Origin: an uncultured cyanobacterium | GTDB taxonomy: Bacteria; Cyanobacteriota; Cyanobacteriia; Leptolyngbyales; Leptolyngbyaceae | Reading direction: 5' to 3' | Assembly (NCBI GenBank): GCA_963766075.1 | Contig: CAVYAN010000026.1 | Location: 1 to 64,000, forward strand | Length of the DNA: 64,000 bases | Shown here: piece by piece, positions 40,156 to 50,313 of the stretch | How the letters are laid out: every line of letters starts with the position of its first letter | Numbering within the stretch: the stretch's first letter is position 1 | Translations under genes and position numbers: made by a program | The notes under the pieces: generated by a model | Told to the model about the DNA's origin: nothing | The model's database searches: none | What the model saw: only the letters and a program-made list of their open reading frames with translations

Positions 40156-41892
40156 TCAGCCCTGCCGCCGCACCTGCTCTCGCATAAATCGGGAGGGCAA
40201 GGTCTGCCACAGCAGCTCTAACTGGCTCCCCGGCATCGTTAGGTACAGCACATCCCCCTCACTCAATTGCAGGTGGAGAAGATCCCACCCGTGGACACGC
40301 AGTCCGGCGTGGGTTTCGGCATAGAGCGGCACAAAGTCCGATCGCACCGCTGCATCCTGAACGCGATCGCCGCAAAAGGGGTGTCCCGGCGTAATCAACG
40401 TCGCCAGTGCGACCCATAAACTGCTGCCCGCCATGCCATTGCCCAAAATCCGTCCACCCAGCGCCGCCGCTGCAAACGCGGGGGCCACCAACTCCGCCGG
40501 ACTCAGCACCGCATCAAACTCAAATACCTGTTGGGCCATCTGGGCAAAGTGGGAATCTTGATAGCGGACCACTACCCCGACCTTGGGATTTAGACTTTTG
40601 GCATTCAGGGCAATTTCTAAATTTGCCGTATCGTTACTGGTCACTGCCAGCAAGGCTTGGGCGTCGAGAAAGTTGGCGGCTTGCAGTGTCGCGGGCAACC
40701 GAGCATCGCCCCGAATCACGGGAACTTTGAGCGATCGCGCCGTACTTAAAAATCGACAGTCTGGATCCTGTTCGATCACGACCACCTCATGGCCATAGCT
40801 GACCAAATGCTGGACAATTTGGATGCCCACCCCACCCATGCCACAGATAATGAAATGCCGTCGTTGCGGAATCCAAGTGGCCTCCTGCACATGGTCAAAC
40901 CGGGTTCCCAGCACAAAGTCATTCAGCAACGCATAGGACAACCCAATAATTGCGGCCCCCACCAACATAATCGTCACGGTGAAGAACTTGAGGCTGTTGG
41001 GCGCTTGGTTCAGCCCAATGTCATTGCCTCCGGCTCCGGTAATAATTCCCACGGAAAAGTACAGGGCATCCACCCACGAGGTTTGTAAGACCGATGACAT
41101 ATAAGTCAGGGTGCTGCCCAGGATCATCACCAATAAAAACACTGTGGCCAGCAATAGCAATCGACTATGCTGACGCAAATACTTCAAGCCAACAGCCCAA
41201 CGGGTTAGCCATCGGGTCAGGGATTTTTGTTGGGTTTTAATATTCGGTTTTGTCCCAATGATCAGGCGATCGCCCACCTGCAAGCGCTCGCCCCGCAGCA
41301 GCGCTGTAATCAAGTCCACCTGCTGATCAAGGGGCAAATAGTAAATCAGCATGCGGTTGCGATCCGCCCACAAATCGCTCAGGGGTAACCCTCGCCACGG
41401 ATGTACCTCGTCAATCATCACCTCATGGATTGGCCACGTTTGATCAAAGAGGCGCAGTTGCCCAATCGCCTCATCGCCTAGAGCGGCAAAGGCGAAAATG
41501 GGCGCGGACAGTGCCGCCACACTCATGGAAATATGGTCGGGCAACGTATGGTCTAGGCGATCGCCTAGACTTTGGTTAAACAACCGATTGACAATCCGAA
41601 TCTGGGGGTTCAGGACCCGGGCCTGCATCAATACAGCCAGGTTTGATCCATCTTCAGAATTCGTGAGCACCAGGGTTTGGGCCGCACAAATGCCCGCCGC
41701 CAGGAGAGTATCAGCAGATTTGGCATCGCCGACGATCACTTCGGCGATCGCCCCTGGAATCGGGGTGTGATGAATTCCCACGACGTTTACACCTTGCTGC
41801 CGCAGGAGACACAGGATTTTATATCCGGCCCGACCCAAGCCACAGACGATGATTTGTGGGTTCATAGCACGATGGAATGAAGAGTCTTCCAT
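40156..41892 (-). CDS. TrkA-N/RCK-domain potassium-channel-family protein
   Basis: Two Rossmann motifs (IIVCGLGRAG, IICGMGGVG) and a pore-like WVDALYFSV segment between TM helices. Confidence 0.88.
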   Translation of the reverse strand: MEDSSFHRAMNPQIIVCGLGRAGYKILCLLRQQGVNVVGIHHTPIPGAIAEVIVGDAKSADTLLAAGICAAQTLVLTNSEDGSNLAVLMQARVLNPQIRIVNRLFNQSLGDRLDHTLPDHISMSVAALSAPIFAFAALGDEAIGQLRLFDQTWPIHEVMIDEVHPWRGLPLSDLWADRNRMLIYYLPLDQQVDLITALLRGERLQVGDRLIIGTKPNIKTQQKSLTRWLTRWAVGLKYLRQHSRLLLLATVFLLVMILGSTLTYMSSVLQTSWVDALYFSVGIITGAGGNDIGLNQAPNSLKFFTVTIMLVGAAIIGLSYALLNDFVLGTRFDHVQEATWIPQRRHFIICGMGGVGIQIVQHLVSYGHEVVVIEQDPDCRFLSTARSLKVPVIRGDARLPATLQAANFLDAQALLAVTSNDTANLEIALNAKSLNPKVGVVVRYQDSHFAQMAQQVFEFDAVLSPAELVAPAFAAAALGGRILGNGMAGSSLWVALATLITPGHPFCGDRVQDAAVRSDFVPLYAETHAGLRVHGWDLLHLQLSEGDVLYLTMPGSQLELLWQTLPSRFMREQVRRQG

Positions 41893-42040
41893 TGTGCGAT
41901 CGCGCTGATCGGGGAACTGTAATCAACAATACGACTCTTGAAAAACTTCACACTCCCAGGCCATACCCCTCACGCCATACCCTTCAGGCCGTAACCCTAA
42001 TACCGTGGGAGTGGCCATGCGCACACCTTATGCGCACACC

Positions 42041-43117
42041 CTAGATGATCACCTTAGATTTCAGGCTGTGGGCCAGCGATCGCAGCATGCCTTCCGTTGT
42101 GGCAAAGTTGACACAGGCATCGGTGATGCTTTGTCCATAGGTCAGCTTACTCAGGTCCGGCGGCACAGACTGATTGCCCTCCACCAGATGACTTTCGACC
42201 ATGACACCCATCAGATAGGGACTGCCCTGTTGCAATTGCTCAGCAATATTGGCAATCACCTTAGGCTGATTGCGATAGTCCTTTTGGCTATTGCCGTGGC
42301 TGCAATCCACCATCAGGCGCGGCACCAAGTCATATTGGGTCAGTTCCGCTGCGGCCTTTTCCAGATCGGGGGGATAATAGTTGGCTCCTTGTTTGCCACC
42401 GCGCAGCACCAGGTGACAGTCGCGATTTCCCGTGGTGGAGACGATGCTGGCAATGCCCTCGGCATTAATCCCCAGGAAATGGTGGGGATGGCTGGCGGAT
42501 AGAATGGCGTGGATAGCGATCGCAAAGCTACCATCGGTACTGTTTTTGAAGCCCACAGGCATGGACAGCCCCGAGGCCATTTCGCGGTGGGTTTGACTTT
42601 CTGTGGTCCGCGCGCCAATAGCGGTCCAGGAAATCACATCGGCTAAGTACTGGGGAATAATCGGGTCCAACAATTCCGTGGCGCTGGGCATGCCCATTTC
42701 GGCCAGATCCAACAGCAGTTGGCGGGCGCGCTGCAAGCCGGTGTGAATGTCGAAGCTGCCATCCAAATGCGGGTCATTAATTAGCCCCTTCCAGCCGGTA
42801 ATGGTGCGGGGTTTTTCAAAATAAACCCGCATGACGATTTCTAACCGATCCTCCAGCTCCACCCGCAACTTCAGCAGTTTTTCCGCGTATTCATGGGCCG
42901 CACTCACGTCATGAATCGAGCAGGGACCCACAATGACCAAGAGGCGATCGTCCTGCTGGCGCAAAATGCGCCGAATGCGATCGCGGGTCTGGCTCACTAG
43001 GGCTGCCACCTTGGGCGTGATGGGCAGTTGGGCCTTTAAGGCTTGCGGCACAATCAACGGGCGGGTTTCATTGACGTGGACATTCTCAGTGCGGAGGTTA
43101 TCAGTGGTAAGCGGCAT
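42041..43117 (-). CDS. 3-deoxy-7-phosphoheptulonate (DAHP) synthase, class I-alpha
   Basis: IVGPCSIHD, RVYFEKPRT, IGARTTESQTHREMASGLS, DCSHGNS and YGQSITDAC. Confidence 0.97.
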   Translation of the reverse strand: MPLTTDNLRTENVHVNETRPLIVPQALKAQLPITPKVAALVSQTRDRIRRILRQQDDRLLVIVGPCSIHDVSAAHEYAEKLLKLRVELEDRLEIVMRVYFEKPRTITGWKGLINDPHLDGSFDIHTGLQRARQLLLDLAEMGMPSATELLDPIIPQYLADVISWTAIGARTTESQTHREMASGLSMPVGFKNSTDGSFAIAIHAILSASHPHHFLGINAEGIASIVSTTGNRDCHLVLRGGKQGANYYPPDLEKAAAELTQYDLVPRLMVDCSHGNSQKDYRNQPKVIANIAEQLQQGSPYLMGVMVESHLVEGNQSVPPDLSKLTYGQSITDACVNFATTEGMLRSLAHSLKSKVII

Positions 43118-43202
43118 TAGCTATTAAGGAGTGATGGAAAGACCTAAAAATCCAACATCCATTGTAACCTGCGGGCTCTCTATACGTGTTACATCATGTA
43201 AC

Positions 43203-43892
43203 TCAATCTTGTATCCCCTGCCCTTGCACCCGTCCAGACCAGTTCGTAGAGTCTTGACCGGATGAGAAATAACTTTGCAGGTAGGCTAAGGTGAAGCGTT
43301 TCGTTTCGGCCACAAGGCGCTGCCGAAACGGATGATCTTGGCTCAGCGATAGCCACAGTAGGGTCCCGATCGCTTTCACCAGCACAAAGGCGATCGCCCC
43401 ATAATCCGCAGGATCTAACTCTGAATAGCGCTGGGATAGGGACATCGCCAAATCCTGAATCAGTTGGGCATCCGTAGCCTTTTCGATTTCCTCCAGTTCG
43501 GGAATTTTTCCCTGCGCCTCCATAAAGATAGCGTAGTAGCCGGGATGCTCGGTGAAAAAGTGATCGGTGGTATCAATCAGCCGATCCACATAGGTAGATA
43601 GGGGCAGCTTTGCCATTTCAGCCGAATCGAGTCCTGACAATCGGTGTTGGAGCAGATCGCCGTAGTGTCGGGCTAATGCTTGCAGAATTGCCGCCTTGTC
43701 CGGAAAAAACTGGTACAGCGACCCGATTGGTACGCCAGCACGGACCGCGATCGCATTGGTGCTAGTGGCAGCGTAACCCTCTGTGACAAACAGGTCTGCC
43801 GCAACATCCAGAATGCGGGCGACTCGCTCCTGACTGCGGGCTTGGCGTGGCTGACGCCGCATCCCCCTTGGGGTTGATGAGTTTACATCCAT
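43203..43892 (-). CDS. TetR/AcrR-family regulator
   Basis: RRQPRQARS...AGVPIGSLYQFFPDK; GGAGG RBS before ATG 43892. Confidence 0.93.
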   Translation of the reverse strand: MDVNSSTPRGMRRQPRQARSQERVARILDVAADLFVTEGYAATSTNAIAVRAGVPIGSLYQFFPDKAAILQALARHYGDLLQHRLSGLDSAEMAKLPLSTYVDRLIDTTDHFFTEHPGYYAIFMEAQGKIPELEEIEKATDAQLIQDLAMSLSQRYSELDPADYGAIAFVLVKAIGTLLWLSLSQDHPFRQRLVAETKRFTLAYLQSYFSSGQDSTNWSGRVQGQGIQD

Positions 43893-43932
43893 ATAGCCTC
43901 CCGGTGACCGCATCCATACCCTTAAACAATAC

Positions 43933-44006
43933 GTGAGCATTCCTCACATTTCACTTGACAAAACATGAGTATCGCTCATATCCTAGAAAACATGAGCGAT
44001 ACTCAT
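43933..44006. promoter_or_regulatory. Three RTGAG-N5-CTCAY palindromes overlapping a TTGACA-N18-TATCCT promoter
   Basis: Sites at 43933-43947, 43965-43979 and 43992-44006; -35 box at 43955-43960. Confidence 0.75.
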
Positions 44007-44341
44007 ATATTAGCCCAGGCTGTCCTGGAGATACTGCCATTCCTGGAGATACTGCCATGATGATGCCCCTTCCCGGAATTTGCTCTCGCCTTGTAACAGG
44101 CGTGCGCTTTCTCAGGTCCAAACTTTCTCCCTGGATCATTCTGGCGATCGCACTATTCGAGGTGATCTTTGCATCACGTGTTCAACGTACCCACGCCAAA
44201 ATACGTTGGATGAGTGCGATCAGCAGGATTGACTTCGTGGGTGCTTATAGATTGTTAAATGACTTAATTTGGTGATGTAATTTGTGCTTTTAATTGAGTT
44301 CTTGATTGCTTTTAATTTCTCAATTCACTGGAGATTTTTCT

Positions 44342-45043
44342 ATGAAACTGATGGATGCATTTCAGTCTAATCAACCCTTCGTTGCCGAAAATCAACAGCA
44401 TAGCCATTTCCAAATGCTGCTGATTTTCAAATCATTTTTTGCCATGCTGTCCGGTGATTCTAGCCTGGAATCAGTCGGCGAGATGACCGATGCCTTACTT
44501 GAAACTCCTGCGTTTGATCTGGCGGCGCAACATTTAAAACGCGATCCAGCCTGTGCGGCGCTAATGCGCGATCGCTATATTCCTCCAGCCCATAACCTTG
44601 ATCAATTACTCACCTATTCGCCGAATTCCTTGGGCCATATCTATGCGACTGCAATGAAGCAAAAAGGTTTCGACCCCAACCTTCACGCCGGAATGACCGC
44701 AGAATCTGATGCCCATTACGTGGAGCTACGGTTAAGCCAGACCCACGATCTCTGGCATATCGTGACGGGATTTGACACCTCTGAGATTGGCGAAATTGGT
44801 TTGCAGGCGTTTCATTTGCCTCAGTTTCCCTATCCCTTAGCCACGATGTTGGTGGCGAATAGTTTAGTTTCTAGTACATTGCTGGCACCAGAGGAGTTGC
44901 CTGCACTGCTGGGGGCGATCGCCCAAGGATTTCAGATGGGCAAAACCGCCAAGTCTTTGTTTGCGCAGAGGTGGGAAGAAGGCTGGGAAAAGCCCCTGAC
45001 CCAATGGCAAGCAGAGTTGAATATCCAGCCACTTCGGCATTAG
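44342..45043 (+). CDS. Coq4-family protein
   Basis: SLGHIY, THDLWHIVTGF...GEIGLQAF and QRWEEGWEKPL. Confidence 0.85.
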   Translation: MKLMDAFQSNQPFVAENQQHSHFQMLLIFKSFFAMLSGDSSLESVGEMTDALLETPAFDLAAQHLKRDPACAALMRDRYIPPAHNLDQLLTYSPNSLGHIYATAMKQKGFDPNLHAGMTAESDAHYVELRLSQTHDLWHIVTGFDTSEIGEIGLQAFHLPQFPYPLATMLVANSLVSSTLLAPEELPALLGAIAQGFQMGKTAKSLFAQRWEEGWEKPLTQWQAELNIQPLRH

Positions 45044-45174
45044 GGCGTTAAGTTGATGGATGGCCCTTCAAGAGGAAATAACCCACCGGGGTACTGCCAG
45101 CACCAAAACCTGTAAGCCAGACTGATGGGGCATTAGAGACAATGCATTCCCTTACTAGAAATCTGAATTCAATC

Positions 45175-45951
45175 ATGGAACTTTCAACTTTTGAGCTACT
45201 CGTTAAACGGATTGCCCCCCCGCCTGCACCTCAAAATGTGGCAAGACGGGTTGTCCAAGGCTACTTCTTAACCATCACGAACTTAGAGTTCAAACCGCTA
45301 ACCTTCAGAATCCGGTTCAACATTAGCAAACCCAATCCCGTGGATCCTGATCGGACGCTATTTGGTAATGCAAGTGTGTTTTACGACATTGCTGGAGCAA
45401 ATGTGCCGATTCCCTTGTCCGGTGGTCCCGCTTCCACTGTCTTTGGGGGCACGTTTGTTTTACCCGCAAGACAAACCGCCTCTCTCCAATTGTTGCCGAA
45501 CACCAACCTGTTTGCGGACCCCAATCCTGACTTTGAGGTGCGGGGTTTTGTGACGCTGACGCTGCCTGCCATCGGCGGCAGACCTCAAAGCAATGCCCCG
45601 GTCAAAGTGTTACTCAATCCCGAAATTCGGGGTACCTTCTTACCCAATGGTTTCCCCAATGGCGTAGCAGAAGACTTTGATCAAATCAACTATCCGTTGA
45701 CCGTAGCCAGTGGCAAAGCATTGAACGAAATTCCAGTGAGTCAGCCATTCACGATCCCAGTGCTCACACCGGATGTACTGCGGTCATTGCCTCCGGAGGA
45801 GATCGAGTCACTCTTAGATGCAGATGATCTCGAAAAAACCCAAAGCCTGATTCAGTTAATGGCGCAATTAGATCAAAATCCCAAAAACTTGGAGAATTTG
45901 AGTGATGCGCTTTCTAAACTCAACATTCCAGTGCGCCTGTCCCCTGCCTAA
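45175..45951 (+). CDS. Hypothetical protein
   Basis: Long ORF with host-like composition (STFELLVK, VQGYFLTITN). Start uncertain (45142 or 45175). Confidence 0.7.
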   Translation: MELSTFELLVKRIAPPPAPQNVARRVVQGYFLTITNLEFKPLTFRIRFNISKPNPVDPDRTLFGNASVFYDIAGANVPIPLSGGPASTVFGGTFVLPARQTASLQLLPNTNLFADPNPDFEVRGFVTLTLPAIGGRPQSNAPVKVLLNPEIRGTFLPNGFPNGVAEDFDQINYPLTVASGKALNEIPVSQPFTIPVLTPDVLRSLPPEEIESLLDADDLEKTQSLIQLMAQLDQNPKNLENLSDALSKLNIPVRLSPA

Positions 45952-46125
45952 GGCTAGGCTGCACCGGAAATTAGGCATGCTGTAAATCTGACTCTTGAAG
46001 CATCGACTGCAATAGGCCCTAATCTCTGGCCCTAATCTCTGTGTCAGAAGATTAGGGCCGCCTCTGCGGGTGAGTTTATACTCGCGTTCTTCTTCCGCGA
46101 TCGCCTTTCGTCATGGGAAATCGTT

Positions 46126-47043
46126 ATGCGTCCAGTGTTCAAATTTAAGCCAATGGTCTGTAGTTGGGTCGCGATTCACCCCGAACCTAAAGGAGTTATC
46201 CAGTTTGTCGGGGGCGCTTTCTTCGGGACTTTTCCAACGGTTTTCTATCGATATTTTTTACAAACGTTATTTGAAGAAGGCTACACCATTATCGCGTTGC
46301 CTTTTCGATTTAGCTTTCGGCATTGGTCGATCGCGCTTGATTTACTCAAGGAACAAGACGTATTGTTTCACGAACTGTTTCAGGTTACAGGCAATCCAGT
46401 CTACAACGAAAAAGCCAACTACTTTTGGGTCGGACATAGCTTAGGGTGCAAATACATCGCCCTATTGGAGTTTCTAAGTGGTGCACAATGGCCACAGATT
46501 GCCGCAACTTGCATCGGGCCACAGGCTTATCAGCAGGTTGAAGCACTCATTGCCAATACGGGACTAGAAAATCCTTCAATTTTCGATCAGCCCTCTTTGT
46601 TACTGGCCCCCGATATTAGCAATACCGAAAGTGCCGTGCCGAGTCGGGCGATCGCTCACTGGCTCGATCGCTTGGGCCTCGGTGTCTTGCCGACGAGAGA
46701 GCAGACGCAGTGTTTGATTGAACGCAGTCATTTATTTAACCTTACGGCCCTGATTTCCTTTGACCAGGACACATTAGCAGGCCGTCAAACCGATGCAGGC
46801 AAAGATCAGAAAACCCAAGCCAATAGTGATGTGCTCTGGCTGATACAGCAATTGCAGACGAAGAAAATGCCGATTTTGCATGCCGAGCTTCCAGGTAAGC
46901 ACCTGGAGCCCTTGGGCGTCCAGATCGGTGAATACCTCGTTGATCTAAATCCGTTTGACAAGTTTATTGCTTTGCTCAAAGGACGTCGGCTGGAGCACTA
47001 TACCGCTCAATTTTTAGCAAAACTCCGAGCTGCCAAAGGATAG
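46126..47043 (+). CDS. DUF1350-family alpha/beta hydrolase-like protein
   Basis: IQFVGGAFFG, WVGHSLGCK and LPGKHL. Confidence 0.85.
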   Translation: MRPVFKFKPMVCSWVAIHPEPKGVIQFVGGAFFGTFPTVFYRYFLQTLFEEGYTIIALPFRFSFRHWSIALDLLKEQDVLFHELFQVTGNPVYNEKANYFWVGHSLGCKYIALLEFLSGAQWPQIAATCIGPQAYQQVEALIANTGLENPSIFDQPSLLLAPDISNTESAVPSRAIAHWLDRLGLGVLPTREQTQCLIERSHLFNLTALISFDQDTLAGRQTDAGKDQKTQANSDVLWLIQQLQTKKMPILHAELPGKHLEPLGVQIGEYLVDLNPFDKFIALLKGRRLEHYTAQFLAKLRAAKG

Positions 47044-47110
47044 CCCGGAGGCAGGGGCACTTCGCGTGGGGCGAAGGGCAAAACAGTAAGGGCAAGACAA
47101 TCTAGACAGA

Positions 47111-48358
47111 TTAGAAGCCGGAAGCGCGATTGACCTCGGTGGGTTGCCAGAAGTGTTGTTCACAGCGGCGCTGGGCGACGACCTGTCCGTGTTTGATCAC
47201 CGTGCGCTCCACCGGGGCAGCGGCGATCGCCACTGTCACCGAGTCTGCTTGCAGGATGACCAAATCGGCAGGATAACCAGGTACAATGCCATGGTGCGGG
47301 ATCCCAATCGCCGCTGCCGCCCCAGTGGTGGCCATATTCAGGCATTGCTCATGATGCGCCGCCGTCCCCAAGTGCAGCACCTGAGCCAGCAGCGTACAGA
47401 TTTTCAGCACATCGCCATCCCCAAACGGTGTGAACAGATTTTGCACATTGTTGGTAGCCACGCCCACCGTCACACCCAACGCCCCTAGCGTCTGGATTGG
47501 GGCCACCCCGCGCCGCACGTTATGGGTATCCCGGCGGGCCATCATATACAAATCCGAAGCCGGTAGCGCCAAAATGGCAATCCCAGCAGCGCGCAGTGCC
47601 GCCGCCACGGCGGTTAGGTCCGGTAGCGGTAACCCGGCTAGTTTGGTCATATGGCCCAAACACACCCGGCCCTGCCAGCCGCGCTTTTGGGTCTCAGCCA
47701 GCACCAACGGCAGCATCAAGGGCAACGCATCATCCAGAAAATCCAAATGGAAATCGACATCACAATCGAATTCCGCCGCAATATCAAACACAATGCGAAT
47801 ATTCTGCTCTGGGTCAGGATCGACATAGGGCGCGGAACCAATCACATCGCCGCCCAGGGCCATCGCCTGCCGCAAGAGCGCTGGAATTTCCGGTTCCTGG
47901 GTGATGCCTTCCTGAGCAAACACAGCCAGTTGTAGGGTCAGACCCCAGGCAAACTCCTGCCGCAAGGGCAGTAGGGCATGCATGGCGGTTAACTGCACCA
48001 CTGGATCAACTTCAACATGGGAGCGCATGGTGGTGGTGCCCCAAGCAATGGCCTGCTGCAATGCACGGCGAGCCCGGGCTTGAATGTCAGCAACGGTGAA
48101 CGCTTGTTTGGCCTTGAGGGTTTCGCGCATGGCCTCGCCAAAGGTGCCCTCCACCCGCGGGCAGCGATCCAGCAAAAAGACTTTATCCAGATGCATGTGG
48201 GCATCCACTAAGCCGGGGATGACCAGTTGCCCCTGGGCATTCCAGATCGCCGTGCCGGGAACTGTGCGATCGACTTGGGTGATGATGCCATCCACAATGC
48301 CAATCTCCCATAAACCCTCTCGCCCAGGCAGACGCGCCTCTACCAGTCTCAAATCCAC
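47111..48358 (-). CDS. Metal-dependent amidohydrolase (cytosine/creatinine deaminase-like)
   Basis: PGLVDAHMHLDK, RSHVE, DFHLD, LGHM and G.PADLVIL. Confidence 0.9.
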   Translation of the reverse strand: MDLRLVEARLPGREGLWEIGIVDGIITQVDRTVPGTAIWNAQGQLVIPGLVDAHMHLDKVFLLDRCPRVEGTFGEAMRETLKAKQAFTVADIQARARRALQQAIAWGTTTMRSHVEVDPVVQLTAMHALLPLRQEFAWGLTLQLAVFAQEGITQEPEIPALLRQAMALGGDVIGSAPYVDPDPEQNIRIVFDIAAEFDCDVDFHLDFLDDALPLMLPLVLAETQKRGWQGRVCLGHMTKLAGLPLPDLTAVAAALRAAGIAILALPASDLYMMARRDTHNVRRGVAPIQTLGALGVTVGVATNNVQNLFTPFGDGDVLKICTLLAQVLHLGTAAHHEQCLNMATTGAAAAIGIPHHGIVPGYPADLVILQADSVTVAIAAAPVERTVIKHGQVVAQRRCEQHFWQPTEVNRASGF

Positions 48359-48389
48359 GGCTCACCTTTCCCGTTCGTTATCCTGTTGG

Positions 48390-48827
48390 TTATTCCGTGG
48401 CCTTAGCCTCTTGGGCGATCGCGGCCTTAAACGCAGCGATCGCCACTTCAGCCACCTCAATATCTTCCTCGTCAGTCCCGGAGCCGATTCCAATACCACC
48501 AATCACTTCGCCATCAACTTCGATGGGGAGGCCACCGGCGATCGTGGCAAATCGGCTGTCCGTAGCCAAGGCAATCCCCATGGCCAAATCGGTTGGCAGT
48601 TGCCCAGTGGCGGCCCTAGCAGAAACGGCAGTATAGGCTTTTTGGATCGCCGAAAATTGGCTGTGCAGTTTCGCCCCTTCCATGCGCTCAAACACCAACA
48701 GATTGCCCCCGCGATCGACCACCGCAATACATTGCGGTACGCCCATGGCTGCTGCTTTGGCAATCGCGGCCTGCAACAGCACCTTCGCCCCCTGGACCGA
48801 CAACTCCGAAACACGCCGCACGTACAT
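48390..48827 (-). CDS. GlcG/HbpS-like heme-binding protein
   Basis: IAVVDRGG, KAYTA and GGLPI...IGGIGIGSG...D. Confidence 0.88.
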   Translation of the reverse strand: MYVRRVSELSVQGAKVLLQAAIAKAAAMGVPQCIAVVDRGGNLLVFERMEGAKLHSQFSAIQKAYTAVSARAATGQLPTDLAMGIALATDSRFATIAGGLPIEVDGEVIGGIGIGSGTDEEDIEVAEVAIAAFKAAIAQEAKATE

Positions 48828-48880
48828 CCTCAACAGTCCTCCACCACTCAAGACACCGTAGTTAAGCATACCGCTAAGAC

Positions 48881-50062
48881 TTATTTGGTGCCCGCATCTC
48901 CAATCACGCCTTCCACTAGCCAGTCAACTCCCTGCAACTGCGGATCCTGTAGGGTATAGGTTTTCCCCGCCGGAATCACCACGTTCCCTTTGTTATCTTT
49001 GAGTTCACCCTTGAAAATAGCCAGACTGCCCTCAAGCAGCTTAGCTTTGGCCGTTGCCACCGCCGCTTGTGTTGCCGCACTGACAGCAGGACCATAGGGT
49101 GATAATTGGCAAAAGCCTTCCTTCAACCCCCCAGCGACTACAGAGGGAATCCCCCCATTCATCAGCGTTTTACCCGCCTTTAGCAGTTCGACGTAATTGC
49201 TGTAAATCTTTCCCCAGTTCCACTCGACCCCGGTCAAGTATCCCTTGGGAGCCAGACTAGCTTGGTTAATGTGATAGCCCGACGAAAAAACTCCCCGTTT
49301 TTCCGCCGTACTAATGATGACTTTCATATTGTCAACCCGCCCAGTGAGCACATCAGCATTCTGGTCAATCAAGCTATTGGCCGCTTCGGCTTCGCGCACA
49401 GGCAATGACCAATCGCCTGTAAAGATTGCCTGTACCACAATGTCTGGTTTAACACTGCGGGCTCCCAGGGCAAAGCTGTTGACTTCGCGCAAAACAACGG
49501 GAATGGGTTTGGGGATAATGAACCCCAGCTTGCCCGTTTTGGAGGTCAACGCAGCGACAATTCCAGCCAGGTAAGCGGGCTCGACCAGATCACTGAAGTA
49601 GGAGCCCACATTTTTGGGATACTCCGCCTTATAGGGCTGGTTGGCATGAAAAAGCTGGACTGCGGGAAACTCACGGGCGATCGCCAAACTGTGCGGATTG
49701 AAATAACCGTAGGACGTGGGAAATAGGACCGTTGCGCCGTTCTCCTTAATCATGTTGCGCATGGTTTCTGCTGCTGCCGTGGTTTCTGGAACGCTGGCTT
49801 CCTCGACGGTTTTGACCCCGCTAATGGCGTCAACGGCCATCTTCCCCACAGCGTGAGATTGGTTATAGCCATAATCATCCTTGGGGCCCACGTAAATGAA
49901 GCCAATGACTAGGGGGGGACTGCTCGCCACTGGACTGGGCGCAGGCTTTTCTGGAACCGGTGTGCATCCAGCCCATAGACGGGAACTGGCCCCAAATGCT
50001 CCAGCCGCGAGCAGGCTGCGAATGACGGTGCGGCGCGGAATCAGGCGATGCGGTCTATCCAT
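48881..50062 (-). CDS. BMP-family ABC substrate-binding lipoprotein with a Tat-like signal
   Basis: PRRTVI...WAGC, GFIYVGPKDDYGYNQSH and TSKTGKLGF. Confidence 0.9.
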   Translation of the reverse strand: MDRPHRLIPRRTVIRSLLAAGAFGASSRLWAGCTPVPEKPAPSPVASSPPLVIGFIYVGPKDDYGYNQSHAVGKMAVDAISGVKTVEEASVPETTAAAETMRNMIKENGATVLFPTSYGYFNPHSLAIAREFPAVQLFHANQPYKAEYPKNVGSYFSDLVEPAYLAGIVAALTSKTGKLGFIIPKPIPVVLREVNSFALGARSVKPDIVVQAIFTGDWSLPVREAEAANSLIDQNADVLTGRVDNMKVIISTAEKRGVFSSGYHINQASLAPKGYLTGVEWNWGKIYSNYVELLKAGKTLMNGGIPSVVAGGLKEGFCQLSPYGPAVSAATQAAVATAKAKLLEGSLAIFKGELKDNKGNVVIPAGKTYTLQDPQLQGVDWLVEGVIGDAGTK

Positions 50063-50313
50063 GCAAACAATCTCCTCAACACAAATCTGTGGCGATCATA
50101 GCCGTCCATTGCGCAACGACTATGGCCAGTGACTCATAATTACAGGTAATGCCTTGAATAACAGATAGTCCGGACACAGTTTGCAATCCGGGCATCGCTC
50201 AACAACCTGGACATCGCCTGCAATCCAGACACAGTTTGAATAGGAGGACTCTGGTACACCCACGATCGGTACGCCAACGATCCGGGGAGAATGCCCTGTA
50301 CCCGTATCGGCTC

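Noticed and set aside
50063..50313. Riboswitch upstream of the BMP operon
   Set aside because: A hairpin (CATAGCCGTC...GACTATG) and short repeats exist, but I recognise no purine or guanidine riboswitch consensus; an Rfam scan would be needed.
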